Source: Chromera velia
Taxonomy: Eukaryota
Direction of reading: 5' to 3'
Assembly (NCBI GenBank): GCA_018398765.1
Contig: JAHBMJ010000083.1
Span: 1-56,829, forward strand
Length of the DNA stretch: 56,829 nucleotides
Part shown: positions 54,800-56,829 of the stretch, one piece after another
How positions within the stretch are numbered: the stretch's first letter is position 1
Layout of the letters: each line of letters starts with the position of its first letter
Notes under the pieces: model-generated
Told to the model about the DNA's origin: nothing
Databases searched by the model: none
What the model saw: the letters and a program-made list of their open reading frames with translations, nothing else
Made by a program: the position numbers and the translations under genes

Positions 54800-55268
54800 C
54801 CGAGGGAGAATTCAGGCCTAAATTCTCCCTTGGGTGAAACGGCTCAAAGTGCTGCACATTGAGAGCTGCCAGGAGAGAAAAAGAGCAGTTAGCATGATTT
54901 CAATCAAGATGAATGCTGTCCCAAACACCTTTCATCCAAAGTACATCTCTTTTCTATGGTACGAAGGAAAAAAAAATCCTTCGCATTTTGACCGAGGGAG
55001 AATTTAGGGCTAAATTCTCCCTCGGACGATATTTCCTTGACATACCCGGAGAGGGAGAATCCAGCCCTGAATTCTCTCTCGGTGACAATAAAAAAAAATC
55101 TTTGTCGAGGGAGCAAAAAAAAGATGACTTATTTCGGTAAAAGAAGCCAGAAAAAACACTAAAAAAAATTCTCCCTCCAAAAAATTTTTTTCAGATACTC
55201 ATCGAAGGAGAATTCAGCCCTGAATTCTCCCTCGTCAAATATTTTTTTTACATAATCCGAGAGGGAGA
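54800..55268. repeat. Cluster of ~34-nt palindromic repeats (CCGAGGGAGAATTYAG-NN-CTRAATTCTCCCTCGG)
   Basis: Copies at 54800-54833, 54992-55025 (perfect 16-bp arms, 2-nt loop), 55051-55080 and 55203-55234. Half-sites lie near 55106, 55167 and 55260. Confidence 0.88.
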
Positions 55269-55379
55269 GGCGGAACACAAAGTGTGAAATAGGCCTAAAA
55301 AAACAGTGCAGCTTCCACCGGCACCCTTTGCGAAGCTAGGCAATCCACTTTTTATGCCTTAACTCCCCACTAATTTCTC

Positions 55380-55860
55380 CCACCGACCTCTCCGAGTCTC
55401 CGGATTGTCTGTGTCCTTCCCGGCGGGCACCGGCCACCCCGGCCACTTGTGACGCCGCCGGCCCTGGCCCTGCTCCCTTGTAATGCCGCCGGCCCGGGCC
55501 AGGCCAGGCCCCGATCGCCCCTGGCTTCCTTTGCCAGTCGCGGACGTTCATTTACTCGGCCCAAACGTCTCACCGCTCCCTCCAGCTGGCGTCTCTCTGC
55601 TCCCTCTAATTTCTCCCTGTGATGCCGCCGGCCCTGGCCTAAGCCGCGGCATGGCCCGGTCCCGGGCCCGGCCCCCACCCTTATCCCCGTCCTTGCCCCC
55701 ACCTCCGTCGATGGACGTCCCCCCAGCCCCGCCAGCGCTCCGGTCTGCTCACTCTCTTAATCTGCCCTGAGGCTCTCCTTCTCACTTCTTTGCCCCCTCT
55801 TCTACCTTCTGTCTCCGCCGGGATCCATACATTGGGGCCGGGGCTGGTGCCAGTGTGCAG
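55380..55860. other. GC/CpG-rich island with a repeated GCCGCCGGCCC motif
   Basis: Sharp rise in GC content. GCCGCCGGCCC occurs three times (~55454, 55485, 55624). No credible protein product. Confidence 0.55.
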
Positions 55861-56829
55861 TCTCAAAGATAGAAAGCAGACCTAAATACAGGCAGACAAG
55901 CAGTACATTCAAAGGGAGACAAACGGAAAGTAAGGACAAGCATCCTTCCCCTCCTCCCATTGCCTCTTCCCAGGTTGCCATAAGTTCTCTTCGTTCTTTC
56001 TGGACCGTACCTACTGGATGCCTTTAACTATCTTTAACTAATTTTCACTGACAGGCACGGACGCAAAACGATGCGACTGATAGGGACCGAATGAAAACAA
56101 ACCACTGACCCAGAGAGATGGTCGTCACACCGTGACGGAGCCTCAAGTGCTGCTCTTCAGCACGATTAAAAGAACAAAACCTGCATTCAATCACATCCCC
56201 AAGAGGCAACAAAGCCAAAAACGACGGTTCAAGGCAAACATCTGCTCAACAGTGCATCATGCACTGACCCACACAGAGAGACAGAACTGCAAACTCACCA
56301 AAAGAATGGCGAAAGCAACCCCAGCTCCTCAGCAAAGGCAAAAGGTGGTCCCAGATCCTGCGTGCAACCACCAAACAAGAAAAGGATGAAGTTGCATGGG
56401 AGGGTCTGACGTGCATCATACTTTGACCTGATGGAACGGCTTGTAAGCAGTGAGACAAACAAGCTCAGCCTGATAAACTTACCGGAGAGCACGCGAGGGA
56501 GCACTAAACCCTGCATCCACGCAGCCAGAGTGAAAAGAAGGATGGGTGAATAGAGGAACCCACGTGGATCATTCCCTGACATGAGTTGACCGACTGAAGC
56601 CGCGTTGTACCCAGAGATGCCCAACCCCCAACTGACCAAAGAGACGAGACGAACGCAACTCTTTCCGCATACCAGAGGCAAGCAAGAGCTCCAAACTCCT
56701 ACATCTATACCGTATGAAGAGGAAGGAAAAAGGGTAAACAGATGCATCAACCCAGGTCTTTCTGATGTAACAATTAAAACCCCTTGCCCATACAAAGTGT
56801 TGTTTAAAAGGAGACGGCAAAGCTCAGCC

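Noticed and set aside
54800..55234. Palindromic repeats of CRISPR-like length
   Set aside because: Spacing is irregular, the intervening sequences are themselves duplicated rather than unique, there are no cas genes, and the context is eukaryotic.
56132..56820. ORFs at the right edge
   Set aside because: No recognisable motifs or splice structure, and the plus-strand frames are interrupted by stops.

Overview
Eukaryotic, intron-rich and microsatellite-rich genomic DNA. The style (GT..AG introns ending mostly in TGCAG, abundant TGCATGCA, TCTG/GAAT/CA repeats) suggests an alveolate such as a chromerid, but this is inference only. Five spliced genes can be traced by hand. Two form a head-to-head pair: a partial ankyrin-like repeat gene (minus strand, running off the left edge) and a 27-exon DEAH-box splicing helicase Prp22/DHX8 (3825-19826). 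A second head-to-head pair is an RNI-like leucine-rich-repeat gene with a candidate MGCGGS acylation start (minus) and an SLC18B1-like MFS transporter carrying a ~580-aa internal insertion. The fifth is a small ankyrin-repeat gene (41739-42491). The right third of the window is mostly repeats and transposons: a tRNA-derived remnant, a tandem ~850-bp unit hit by a 30-bp-TIR MITE with an AT target duplication and a preserved empty site, an intron-containing Merlin/IS1595-like transposase 5' fragment nested in that MITE, compound minisatellites, and a cluster of 34-bp palindromes. The most unusual signal is a set of very short (35-49 nt) inserts flanked by long (36-45 nt) direct duplications that copy splice junctions in two different genes. 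Two of these inserts are clearly homologous and A-tailed. Most ORFs in the supplied track are microsatellite artefacts.
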